Assembly (NCBI GenBank): GCA_045533845.1
Contig: JAZSIN010000028.1
Span: 1-40,589 of the forward strand
DNA length: 40,589 nucleotides
Direction: 5' to 3'
DNA from: Eubacteriales bacterium
GTDB taxonomy: Bacteria > Bacillota > Clostridia > Oscillospirales > CAG-272
Shown here: positions 33,601 to 40,589 of the stretch, piece after piece
Layout: every line of letters starts with the position of its first letter
Position numbering within the stretch: the first letter of the stretch is position 1
Notes under the pieces: model-generated
What the model saw: only the letters and a program-made list of their open reading frames with translations
Database searches by the model: none
What the model was told of the DNA's origin: nothing
Translations under genes and position numbers: made by a program

Positions 33601-35356
33601 TCTGCGTCGTATCGACCGCACCGAAGGTGTTGATGTAAAGCGGGATATCCTCCTCGACGTCCTCCTCGGTAAGAGGCGTCAGGACCTCGATGGATTCGAG
33701 GTAATCGCGGTATGCCGAAGCCATACCCATGTAGGTGCACTCGTAGTAGTCGAAGGTCTGACCCTCGCCCATGTCGTGCTGGATCTGCTCTGCGACATCG
33801 TCGTCGGTCAGCATCACGTACTTAATGGTATAGTTTCCGGTATACTTTCTCGAGGAAACGACCTCCCACATAGCGCCACTGCTGTTCGACGTGGAGGAGA
33901 TTGCATCCTTCAGGTTGTAGGTGTCCTTCGGACGCGGGAAGTAGGTCATCTGGACCGAGTGATACTCGTGCGTCGTCTTACCGCCGTGCGAGCTGGTAAG
34001 CTTCGCCATCGAGTCACCCTCCGTGATGATCGCAACGAAGCCGCGATCCTGCTCATATTCACGGACCGTCTGGTCGGGAGCAAGCTTGGTCAGATGCTGC
34101 GTCTCGACGATACCGAATACGGGATAACGAATGGTTTCCTGGTGGGTTGCCGTAATGGTCTGGTACGCGTAGTCAACGCCGTATACCTGACCGCTGATGC
34201 TGGTCGAGGAAAGCTTACGCAGCTCCTCGAAATCAAACAGCGCACCCGATCCGTCCGGGAAGAAGGTATAGCCCTCGTTCGGGGACATACCCGATCCCAT
34301 ATAGGGGAGGACGGTGATGTTTTCGAGCGTGTAACGGGACTCGTCGAAGCGGAGACCGTTTGCGGGAAGCGTTACGCTCAGACCTTCACTACCGAGGATA
34401 TACTCGAGCGCCATCTTGAAGAGCGGAGGATTCTGCTCCTCGCCCTCGTATTCGGTGAGCTCGTGGTCATAATCCAGATCCTCGTAGGTGTACGAGGGAA
34501 TGTAGGTCTTGATAAGCATCTCGAGTGCCGCAAGCTGTACCGAGGTGATCTTTTCGTCGATGGCGTATACGTCCATCTTCTTTACGATCGGAAGCGTTGC
34601 GACCATCGAGTCGTAAATGACGTCGGTGTCGGCCATATCAAGGTCGTACAGCACGTACCACTTGATGACCTTATTGATCTTCAGCTTGCCGACCTCACCC
34701 TCGGACTTGAGGGCTTCCTCGATAACTGCCTTGATCTTGGTCTCGAAACGGGTTCTCTCGATCAGTCTCGGAACGAGCATCTTCGCTTCCTCTCGGCCGA
34801 TGGTATACTCGACACGGAGACCGTTCTTGATGTTCTTAACCTTGATCTGACCTCTCAGAGAGGTCTCCTCGAAGCTTGAGAAGGTCGTCGTAACACCGGT
34901 GGACTTATCGGTGTATTCGACGAGGATCTGGGACATCAGCTGGCTGAGCTGCTTACCCTTTGCCGTCGAGGCTCCAATGTTATAGGGGTTCGTAAAGAGG
35001 ATCTCCTCGGTGGTGAGGTTCTTACAAGCCACCTCGCCCGAGTACTCGTCGACGTAGAGCTGATAGCCGTTCTGCTGGAGACGAAGGTCCATCGTCGCGA
35101 GCTTCTCGGACGGCGTATCGAATACGTCAGCCTCAAGCCATTCAAGGTCCTTGTTTACGAAATAGTTTACGGTAGCATCGGCAGGATCCGCGCTACTGAT
35201 GGTGTAATAGGTATACGACACCTTCTCGGCAACCGTGCCGGAGGTGGGCGTATCCGTTGTTCCTGTGGACGCATCCGCCGCAGCGATCGTCACCGAGCAC
35301 GCACTGATCACAAACAATACGGCCAGGAACATTGATATTATTCTGCTGAATTTCAT
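30638..35356 (-). CDS. 1572-aa surface lipoprotein: DUF5696-like putative glycan-processing N-terminal part plus a long Ala-rich alpha-helical C-terminal region
   Basis: Signal peptide plus lipobox (MKFSRIISMFLAVLFVISAC). RBS GGAGGAAAGGG. Residues ~40-925 have a globular composition, with segments YPVFGIV...GFVAIITEGD, GITNVNFKLTGYSNGGM and VPFMGIVLHGY that I recall from DUF5696-type proteins. Residues ~930-1500 are Ala/Glu/Leu/Tyr-rich and predicted helical. The last ~55 aa are beta-like. Confidence 0.85.
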   Translation of the reverse strand: MKFSRIISMFLAVLFVISACSVTIAAADASTGTTDTPTSGTVAEKVSYTYYTISSADPADATVNYFVNKDLEWLEADVFDTPSEKLATMDLRLQQNGYQLYVDEYSGEVACKNLTTEEILFTNPYNIGASTAKGKQLSQLMSQILVEYTDKSTGVTTTFSSFEETSLRGQIKVKNIKNGLRVEYTIGREEAKMLVPRLIERTRFETKIKAVIEEALKSEGEVGKLKINKVIKWYVLYDLDMADTDVIYDSMVATLPIVKKMDVYAIDEKITSVQLAALEMLIKTYIPSYTYEDLDYDHELTEYEGEEQNPPLFKMALEYILGSEGLSVTLPANGLRFDESRYTLENITVLPYMGSGMSPNEGYTFFPDGSGALFDFEELRKLSSTSISGQVYGVDYAYQTITATHQETIRYPVFGIVETQHLTKLAPDQTVREYEQDRGFVAIITEGDSMAKLTSSHGGKTTHEYHSVQMTYFPRPKDTYNLKDAISSTSNSSGAMWEVVSSRKYTGNYTIKYVMLTDDDVAEQIQHDMGEGQTFDYYECTYMGMASAYRDYLESIEVLTPLTEEDVEEDIPLYINTFGAVDTTQKIMSIPVDVTVALTSFDDVSKMYADLANIGITNVNFKLTGYSNGGMSSTVPYKLDWEKAVGGKKGFNELLKDANEKGYKVFPDFDFVFVSETGMVDGLSLRKHVVKSIDNRYTSRREYSATKQAFVSYFELCLSPAYYEHFYTKLTTNYMKHFKDTDYKTSISVGTLGSELNSDFDEEDPYNREDSKSHTIKAFRYFDENYDYVMTSGGNAYTWKYVDYILDVPLDSSRFIRSSASVPFMGIVLHGYVQFAGTPINMEGNLNYAFLKAIENGASINFLLSYQNTTTLKNHQRLSQYYSIRYDIWFDDVVSTYNELNSLLSDVQLETIVNHEFIDALRVPDLDEAIRDLDAAILESIEAEREALNLQALENIQTILNARQLIRINSAAVKAEISKLEGYKTAMILKLGYTEGGEYKSGELREAIQNFNKAVQNYIKVYNGGDCGANEITGTSSILGDAARSLNSAAAELQKFFDQAQNGSVNYIAHQAYSSELAARTAYENAIAAYEILATTDGVSEYIRELAWGLIEDTAEAVATIGSIAPSVYEMAQGAYEYTVNGNATLTDAKGNAVCEISAYQFYLYAACGYLTVQPTVKFETKNVLRAYEIGLEKNDLTAKAALDQILNTLGIQAVTEEPKYAEIFNSYLNKKNQVGFNGRYNTFAERWTTYQEIYTRYKAKKATSAELSAALTPLMNAAILLNTEFGYFGDLFEASPQSTNTIITFYENTPEFTEQAVGFSSAFAACFNAETPSAAQLNALAAAAEALSATFDTLSSLYAIVPSDSSTGINAYAKNAQKHKNVLELAMNTAASVYETLQKQPIAEGEEGYIERQAALAAAEAYAQYTKENYEAVVDDAEKVVTLAEAAYEKAIALDEVKRYLAAIEEVNSLAEEDERLLDVAPKFTELLYRYDEIVEKEEDEVLEEEEEVYNKYSADKNSIVVVTYSNGTRFLLNYCNYAVVVEIDGVSYRVESQSYQKIPAAESEVEDNDQ

Positions 35357-35380
35357 AATATTTCCCTTTCCTCCGGTTTG

Positions 35381-37516
35381 TTACATACGATAGCTGACTT
35401 CGGTGATGATATTGGAAACAAGACCGATGACCTTACTGAGAAGCGTCGTGAACAGGAGCGCAATGAACATAATGAAGACCATTGCGGCAAGCGTTCCGAT
35501 GATCGTCAGAACGTTCTTTCCGAGCGAGTAATCGTGAATCGTCATGACGCCGAAGAAGAGCAGCATTCCGACCCAGATAAACGCGACGGTAATGAGCATA
35601 TTGATCATATCGATCTCTGCCTTCAGCGCTACATTCGAGAAAATCGTCGAAAGAACGATGAAGAGCGGAAGCGGTGCGAGCGAGTACGAGGTCGCAATGA
35701 AGATATCCTTCATATTACCCTCGCCCTCGAACAGTGTGGTAAGGCACCAGTTGCCGATGACGAACAGGGCGAGCGGGAGAAGAACACCCGTGATCTGTGC
35801 CATAAAGGACGAATAGGTCTCTCTCGGATTACTGATGTAGCCGGTTCCGATATTCTGATAGTAGAAAGCAAGGATCGTAATACCGATATAGACGAGTGAC
35901 GCCCGTATCGATCCGCGTTTTTCGTGCTTCATATCCCAGTATCCGTCGAACGGATGGAACATCGTATGGAAGCAGAAAAGCACTTCCTCCTTGAAGGTAC
36001 GCTTTCCGGCAGTGACTGCCGCCTTCGCGTTGACCTTGTTTGCGTACTTCATAACGACCACGAGGATCACGATCGCCGCAACCACGATAACGGGAAGCAG
36101 GAGGATCCAATCAGCGATCCACTGCTTACGGATCTCCTGATAGGATTTCGAGTAGTTCGAGGTATCGTATGCTGCTCTGAAATATGCGAGGGAGTCCTCA
36201 AATGCACCGTCACGGTACAGCGCGTTACCGATTCCGACGTATGCCGCGTCGAAGTTCGAGTTACGCTTCAGAATCTCCGTCCAGTCCGCGATCGCATCGT
36301 CGTAAAGCTGCGCGTTCTGGTTTTTGATCGCCTCGATCAGAATATCTCCGTACTCGGTTCTTTCGTACACCGTAATGGTTGCATTCGATTTGTCGAGCAC
36401 GAGGAAGGTATCACCCTGATAGACCACCGACGTGATACTCATAAGGCTACCGATCTGCTGACCGGTGTCGCCGAATGCGTACAGCAGGTTGCCGTTGAAA
36501 TCGTAGGTAAAGATTTTATTTCGTTTGGAGTCTGCGATCGTCCAGGTCTTTTCGGGACCGACCGCAACGTCGATGACGGTTGAGGGACCGCTGATCGCGT
36601 CAGCTGAGTGTGCTCTCGTCATATCGACTTCACCCGCCGGAGGCCAGAAGCCGTTACGCTTCATGATCTCATCGCCCTTTGCATTCAAAAGCTTTACGGG
36701 CGAGTACTTACCGCTGCTTGACTTACTGCGGATAAAGGACTGGACGTCCTCCTCCTTGATGTAAGACGTGGTCGCGTACACGAAGCCGTCGGGCGTGACT
36801 GCGATGTTGTTGTAGGAGACCGAGACGTTCAGAACGCTCTGCGATCTCTGCTCGTCGGTCTGGAAGCGACGGATCAGGATCTGCCAGAAGGAGAGCGAGA
36901 CCGCCTGTGCACCGATGAAGCCGGTAAAGGTACCGTCATCGGTCATAACGATGATACCTTGATAGGTATCACGCGATACGACGAAGAGTCTGTCGTACTT
37001 ATCGACCGCGATCGCAATCGGCGAGTAGATCGCATCCTCATCGAAAAGCGAGCTCTCGGGAGCGGGGATGACCGAGCGGAAGTTACCCTCGAGGTCGAAG
37101 GTGACGATTCTGCCCGCGTCGGTATCGCAGACGTAGATGGTATCCTCGGTGACGTAAAGTCCCTGAGGGGAGGAGAGCTCATCCGGAACGCCATCCTCGT
37201 TGACAAAGGTCTCGATCAGGAATTTTACCTTTCCATATCGGTCGTTTACAACGATTCGGTTGTTCGCTCTGTCCGCGATGTAGATGTTCATATCCGCATC
37301 GACGACGAGGTCGGTCGGTGCATTCATCGGCACCAAAAGTCCCATCGTATCCGAATCCATTACCTTGATCGGGGTATATGCATCCGGGGAATACAGCGGC
37401 GTGCCGCTGATCGAATACGTATAGGTCTGATACGGGGAAGCTGCGCTTGCGGGGACAATGAGCACGCCCGCCATCAGTACGACTGCAAACAGGAGCGCAA
37501 ATATTTTCTTTTTCAT
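35381..37516 (-). CDS. secreted NHL-repeat beta-propeller / TPR-like / Yip1-domain polytopic membrane fusion protein
   Basis: 711 aa with signal peptide MKKKIFALLFAVVLMAGVLIVPASA. NHL-type blades include IYIADRANNRIVV, IYVCDTDAGRIVTFD and LFVVSRD. A TPR-like segment reads YDDAIADWTEILKRNSNFDAAYVGIGNALYRDGAFEDSLAYF. A TM helix follows, then a 5-TM Yip1-like C-terminal domain. Confidence 0.85.
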   Translation of the reverse strand: MKKKIFALLFAVVLMAGVLIVPASAASPYQTYTYSISGTPLYSPDAYTPIKVMDSDTMGLLVPMNAPTDLVVDADMNIYIADRANNRIVVNDRYGKVKFLIETFVNEDGVPDELSSPQGLYVTEDTIYVCDTDAGRIVTFDLEGNFRSVIPAPESSLFDEDAIYSPIAIAVDKYDRLFVVSRDTYQGIIVMTDDGTFTGFIGAQAVSLSFWQILIRRFQTDEQRSQSVLNVSVSYNNIAVTPDGFVYATTSYIKEEDVQSFIRSKSSSGKYSPVKLLNAKGDEIMKRNGFWPPAGEVDMTRAHSADAISGPSTVIDVAVGPEKTWTIADSKRNKIFTYDFNGNLLYAFGDTGQQIGSLMSITSVVYQGDTFLVLDKSNATITVYERTEYGDILIEAIKNQNAQLYDDAIADWTEILKRNSNFDAAYVGIGNALYRDGAFEDSLAYFRAAYDTSNYSKSYQEIRKQWIADWILLLPVIVVAAIVILVVVMKYANKVNAKAAVTAGKRTFKEEVLFCFHTMFHPFDGYWDMKHEKRGSIRASLVYIGITILAFYYQNIGTGYISNPRETYSSFMAQITGVLLPLALFVIGNWCLTTLFEGEGNMKDIFIATSYSLAPLPLFIVLSTIFSNVALKAEIDMINMLITVAFIWVGMLLFFGVMTIHDYSLGKNVLTIIGTLAAMVFIMFIALLFTTLLSKVIGLVSNIITEVSYRM

Positions 37517-37535
37517 ATAAATCTTGCCTCCTTTT

Positions 37536-38408
37536 TTAGTCTTTCATACCCGAAGAGCCCATCGTTTCGATGATGTTCGACTGGGAGATGACGAATACCG
37601 CAATCGGCACGAGCATCATAATAACCGTGGATGCCGCGTGAGCACCTGCACGCTTGATACCGCCTGCCATGATCTGACCAATCGCGTAGTTGAACGACTT
37701 CAGCTGCTCGGAGTGGATGTAAGTCGAAGAGCCTCTGTTCCACAGATCCTCGAAGCAGTAGATGATCAGCGTGAGCCAAGCGGGCTTAACCATCGGCATC
37801 GCGATAATCCAGAAGGTACGGAGCTCACCCGCGCCGTCAAGACGGGCACTTTCAAGGACTGCATTCGTAACGTTGGTGTCCATGAACTGCTTCATCAGGT
37901 AAAGACCAAGCTTATAACCGAGAGCGGGGATGATCAGCGCCCAATAGGTATCGACCATGTGAAGCTTCGACATGATCATGAAGGACGTAATACCCGTAAC
38001 GGTAGAGTGGAACATCAGCGAGGTACGAACGAGCTTAAATGCAAATTTGCGACCCGGGAACTTGATCTTCGAGATCGCGTACGCTGCAAGAGACGCCGAG
38101 AAGAGGTTACCGAAGGTTCCTACGAGCGAGGTCAGTACGGTATTGAAGATGTAACGGGAAAACGGGACCCACGAGGTACTCATCAGAGTAAAGAGGTCGG
38201 TATAGTTTTTACCCGTAGGATTGATAACGTAGAATCGGGGCGGGAACATCCACAGCTCGTCAAGGGGCTTGAAGGACTGGATCACGACGTAGTACATCGG
38301 GAGGAACATGAATGCGCCCAGAATCACAAGGATTATCGAAATCATCGCGTCACCGCCGCGTGAACGGGCGAGGACGACTTTGTGTCTTCTAGTTCTTAAT
38401 TTTGCCAT
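37536..38408 (-). CDS. carbohydrate ABC transporter permease (MalG-like)
   Basis: 290 aa. The EAA loop reads LESARLDGAGELRTFWIIAMPMVKP. There is a 1-nt gap from the upstream permease gene. Confidence 0.9.
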   Translation of the reverse strand: MAKLRTRRHKVVLARSRGGDAMISIILVILGAFMFLPMYYVVIQSFKPLDELWMFPPRFYVINPTGKNYTDLFTLMSTSWVPFSRYIFNTVLTSLVGTFGNLFSASLAAYAISKIKFPGRKFAFKLVRTSLMFHSTVTGITSFMIMSKLHMVDTYWALIIPALGYKLGLYLMKQFMDTNVTNAVLESARLDGAGELRTFWIIAMPMVKPAWLTLIIYCFEDLWNRGSSTYIHSEQLKSFNYAIGQIMAGGIKRAGAHAASTVIMMLVPIAVFVISQSNIIETMGSSGMKD

Positions 38409-38409
38409 A

Positions 38410-39357
38410 TTATCTACCCACCTTAGAAATGACCTTCTTGACGAGCGCGTTCGCGCCGATCATGATAACGAACAGCACGACGGCAATGGTGGAAGAGTAT
38501 CCGATCTCAAATCGTTGTCCGCCGTAGTCCTCCAGATGGTGCATGATCGTATGCGCACAGTAGTTAACCGACGGGAAGCCGCAGAGTGCGGTAACGATTC
38601 CGCCAAAGCCGAAGGAGTTCGTGATTGCCATAATAGCACCGAACATCAGCTGCGGCTTCATCGTAGGAAGGGTGATGTACCAAAGCTCCTGCCAACGGTT
38701 CTTGACACCGTCGACGGCGCCCGCCTCGTAAAGCGAATGGTCGACGCCCTGAAGACCTGCGATAAACGAAAGAAACGCTGTACCGAGCGAGGTCCAAAGG
38801 GATACCACGATACAAAGGGGCATGACATAGTCCTCGTTCTCGAAGAACGCAATCGGTTCTCCGATCATACCCATATTGATCAGCGTCGCGTTGACCCATC
38901 CGTAGGAGTCACTCGAGAAGAGTGTACCCCAGATCAGGTAGACCTGACCTGCGATGGACGGTGCGTAGAAGATCAGCGTAACGAACGAACGGACGAGCGG
39001 TGAAAGCTCGTTGATAAACCATGCAACGAGGAAGGATATCAGATAGGACGCAGGACCTACGACCACTGCGAACATAAAGGTGTTTTTAACACAGATGAGA
39101 AAGATATCGTCGTCGAGGAAGAGACGGATATAGTTTTCAATACCCATCCAGGACGGAGTCTCAAGCAGGTTAAAGTCTGTAAAGCTGAAATAGATGGACA
39201 GCGCGACGGGAACGACGGTAAACAGGGTGAAAACGAGCATAAAGGGTGCGATCATTGCATAACCGACCTTATTGCGCTTCATTTCCTTCCAGATCCATTG
39301 AGCCTTCGTCATGTCCTTTCTGGAAACAGCTTTTTTCTGTTTCACTTTTGTAGGCAT
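38410..39357 (-). CDS. sugar ABC transporter permease (MalF-like)
   Basis: 315 aa. The EAA loop reads YEAGAVDGVKNRWQELWYITLPTMKP. RBS AAGGAG. Confidence 0.9.
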   Translation of the reverse strand: MPTKVKQKKAVSRKDMTKAQWIWKEMKRNKVGYAMIAPFMLVFTLFTVVPVALSIYFSFTDFNLLETPSWMGIENYIRLFLDDDIFLICVKNTFMFAVVVGPASYLISFLVAWFINELSPLVRSFVTLIFYAPSIAGQVYLIWGTLFSSDSYGWVNATLINMGMIGEPIAFFENEDYVMPLCIVVSLWTSLGTAFLSFIAGLQGVDHSLYEAGAVDGVKNRWQELWYITLPTMKPQLMFGAIMAITNSFGFGGIVTALCGFPSVNYCAHTIMHHLEDYGGQRFEIGYSSTIAVVLFVIMIGANALVKKVISKVGR

Positions 39358-39414
39358 ATGCTCTTTATCTCCTTAACTAAATTTTCGAGCGAAGGATTTA
39401 CGGGACCTCCCCAT

Positions 39415-39441
39415 CGGAGCCTCCCTTATGGGAAAGCCCCG
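39415..39441 (-). promoter_or_regulatory. intercistronic mRNA hairpin between the SBP and permease genes
   Basis: Minus-strand RNA: CGGGGCUUUCC(C)-loop-GGGAGGCUCCG. The stem needs three G-U pairs, so it forms only in the sense transcript. On the plus strand these positions would be A-C mismatches. No U-tract follows. Confidence 0.4.
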
Positions 39442-39499
39442 ACAACGGAGTACACCGTATCGTTATATAATAATGTAACTTATTATGTTTTTCGGTGAC

Positions 39500-40589
39500 T
39501 TATTTGTAAGTCTCGTAAATCTCAAGCGCCGTAGCGGCCTCATTGATATACTCAACGACTTCCTCGAACAGAGTCGCGTTTGCGGTCTTAAGGTCGGAAG
39601 CAAGGGCAAAGAGTGCGGCGTAGTCTTCTTGACTCTTGTAGAGAAGTCCGGTGTCTCCGGCTGCTCTTTCATAGAGGTCGTCATAGCTTGCATTCCAGGA
39701 GCCCGAGCTCTTAAGCTCTGCAAGGGCCTCCTTCGCCTGATCCATACGCTTTTCAGCGAGGGTCTGGTCGAGTGCAAGTGTTTCAAGGTCAAATTCCTCG
39801 CGCTTACGCGTGATCTCCTTATTGATCGTGATGATGTAGGAGAGGAGCTCCTCGGAGGGGTCTGCGGATTTGTTGTACGCTGCAAGGAATGCGAAGTTGG
39901 TGTATCTGCCGATGATGTACGATCCGGGATAGTTCGGGATCGATGCAAGGCTGTTGAACTGTGCCTGGAGCTGCTCAAGCTCGTCGGACGTCCAGGGCAT
40001 ATCCGCAAGCGCGTGGAGATTTGCGGTCGAGTGCTTTGCGGACGGACCGATGATCGCGCACATTTCCTCGGAGTAGGTCGACTGACATTCAGCACCGACG
40101 TGCCACTTCATAAACTGCCAAGCGTTGTACTCGTTCTTGCAGCCGACGATCATAACGATCGCGGAGCAGGAGGAAACTGCCACGTTGTTGATCACGGGGT
40201 TACCGTTTGCATCCATGATCTCATTTCCCTTCGCATCGGTCTCAATGATACCGGGAAGCGGGTAGAAGCTCCAGAGGCCCTCAATCTCGGTCGCGAAGAC
40301 CTTGAGGTGGTTGTAGGTTGCCGTGTAGCTTGCAAAGCCGATCGGCATCTCACCCGTTCTGAATCGGTTCGCGAAGTCGTACTTGTAGGGGAAGCCGTAC
40401 TGCGTGAACAGGTTACACATCATATCGAAGGACTTGAGCGCAATGTTGGAATCGAGGTTGATTCTCATTCCGTTATCGGCGAAAAGCTCGCCGCCCTTCT
40501 GATAGAGGAAGACCTTATAGTCGTTGTGCATACCGATCGCCATGTTGTTCGCCTGAAGCGTCGGGATCGCCGCAAGGACGTCGTCCCAC
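39500..40589 (-). CDS. extracellular solute-binding protein of a carbohydrate ABC transporter (5' end outside window), with a C-terminal helical extension
   Basis: The frame stays open to the window edge (...WDDVLAAIPTLQANNMAIGMHNDY...). SBP family-1-like text includes YKVFLYQKGGELF, LKVFATEIEGLWSFYPLPG and WQFMKWHV. The last ~100 aa are helical and Ala/Glu/Leu-rich. Confidence 0.88.
   Translation of the reverse strand, partial: WDDVLAAIPTLQANNMAIGMHNDYKVFLYQKGGELFADNGMRINLDSNIALKSFDMMCNLFTQYGFPYKYDFANRFRTGEMPIGFASYTATYNHLKVFATEIEGLWSFYPLPGIIETDAKGNEIMDANGNPVINNVAVSSCSAIVMIVGCKNEYNAWQFMKWHVGAECQSTYSEEMCAIIGPSAKHSTANLHALADMPWTSDELEQLQAQFNSLASIPNYPGSYIIGRYTNFAFLAAYNKSADPSEELLSYIITINKEITRKREEFDLETLALDQTLAEKRMDQAKEALAELKSSGSWNASYDDLYERAAGDTGLLYKSQEDYAALFALASDLKTANATLFEEVVEYINEAATALEIYETYK

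Noticed and set aside
32147-34879. 910-aa stop-free ORF on the plus strand
   Set aside because: It is exactly antisense to the 1572-aa gene. The translation is dominated by V/L/R/D/G strings (for example VVDLDVVLNGLVEVLDRL), which is typical of shadow frames in GC-rich codon-biased genes. It has no RBS, and the opposite strand has a signal peptide, an RBS and protein-like text.
1-40589. Defence systems, prophage or IS elements, toxin-antitoxin pairs, rRNA
   Set aside because: Reading all ORFs of 60 aa or more on both strands revealed no nuclease, helicase, methylase, integrase, transposase, capsid or cas signatures. No terminal inverted repeats were noticed either. Absence is based on visual inspection only.

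Overview
This 40.6-kb window looks like a chromosomal segment from a moderately GC-rich Gram-positive bacterium, probably a Clostridia or Oscillospiraceae-type Firmicute. The taxon is inferred from GGAGG-type RBSs, from rny, yqeK, an LCP gene, DUF1292 and a DUF4364-like gene, and from lipobox lipoproteins. GC content was judged by eye and not computed.

The left third holds a conserved housekeeping operon: rdgB (5' partial), yhbY, nadD, yqeK, an LCP gene and rsfS. It is followed by a solitary tRNA-Thr(CGU), a DUF1292 gene, and a ~470-bp non-coding gap. That gap carries two promoter/terminator-delimited candidate RNAs, and it ends at the convergent rny.

The middle is a mosaic. It has two AraC-linked sugar modules: one with an isomerase, an oxidoreductase and an esterase, and one with a DUF6259-like putative glycosidase. 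It also has a repeat-bearing small lipoprotein behind a terminator-containing leader, a Zn-ribbon protein, an orphan sigma factor next to a DUF4364-like gene, hom, an ABC-F ATPase, and a BspA-type LRR lipoprotein. Further along are an MGS-like gene, a four-module flavodiiron protein, a DUF1385 protein, a large polytopic membrane protein, an RNHCP protein and a GDPD.

The right 12 kb (28549 to the window end, minus strand) is the most unusual part. It is one tightly packed operon encoding a solute-binding protein and a first permease pair. These are followed by a secreted NHL-propeller/Yip1 membrane fusion (711 aa) and a 1572-aa lipoprotein. That lipoprotein has a DUF5696-like N-terminal part and a ~570-aa Ala-rich helical tail. 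The operon ends with a second permease pair that has no SBP of its own. No ATPase is visible in the window.

I saw no CRISPR array, integrase, transposase, rRNA or recognisable defence genes. All family calls come from reading the translations against remembered motifs. No database search was possible.
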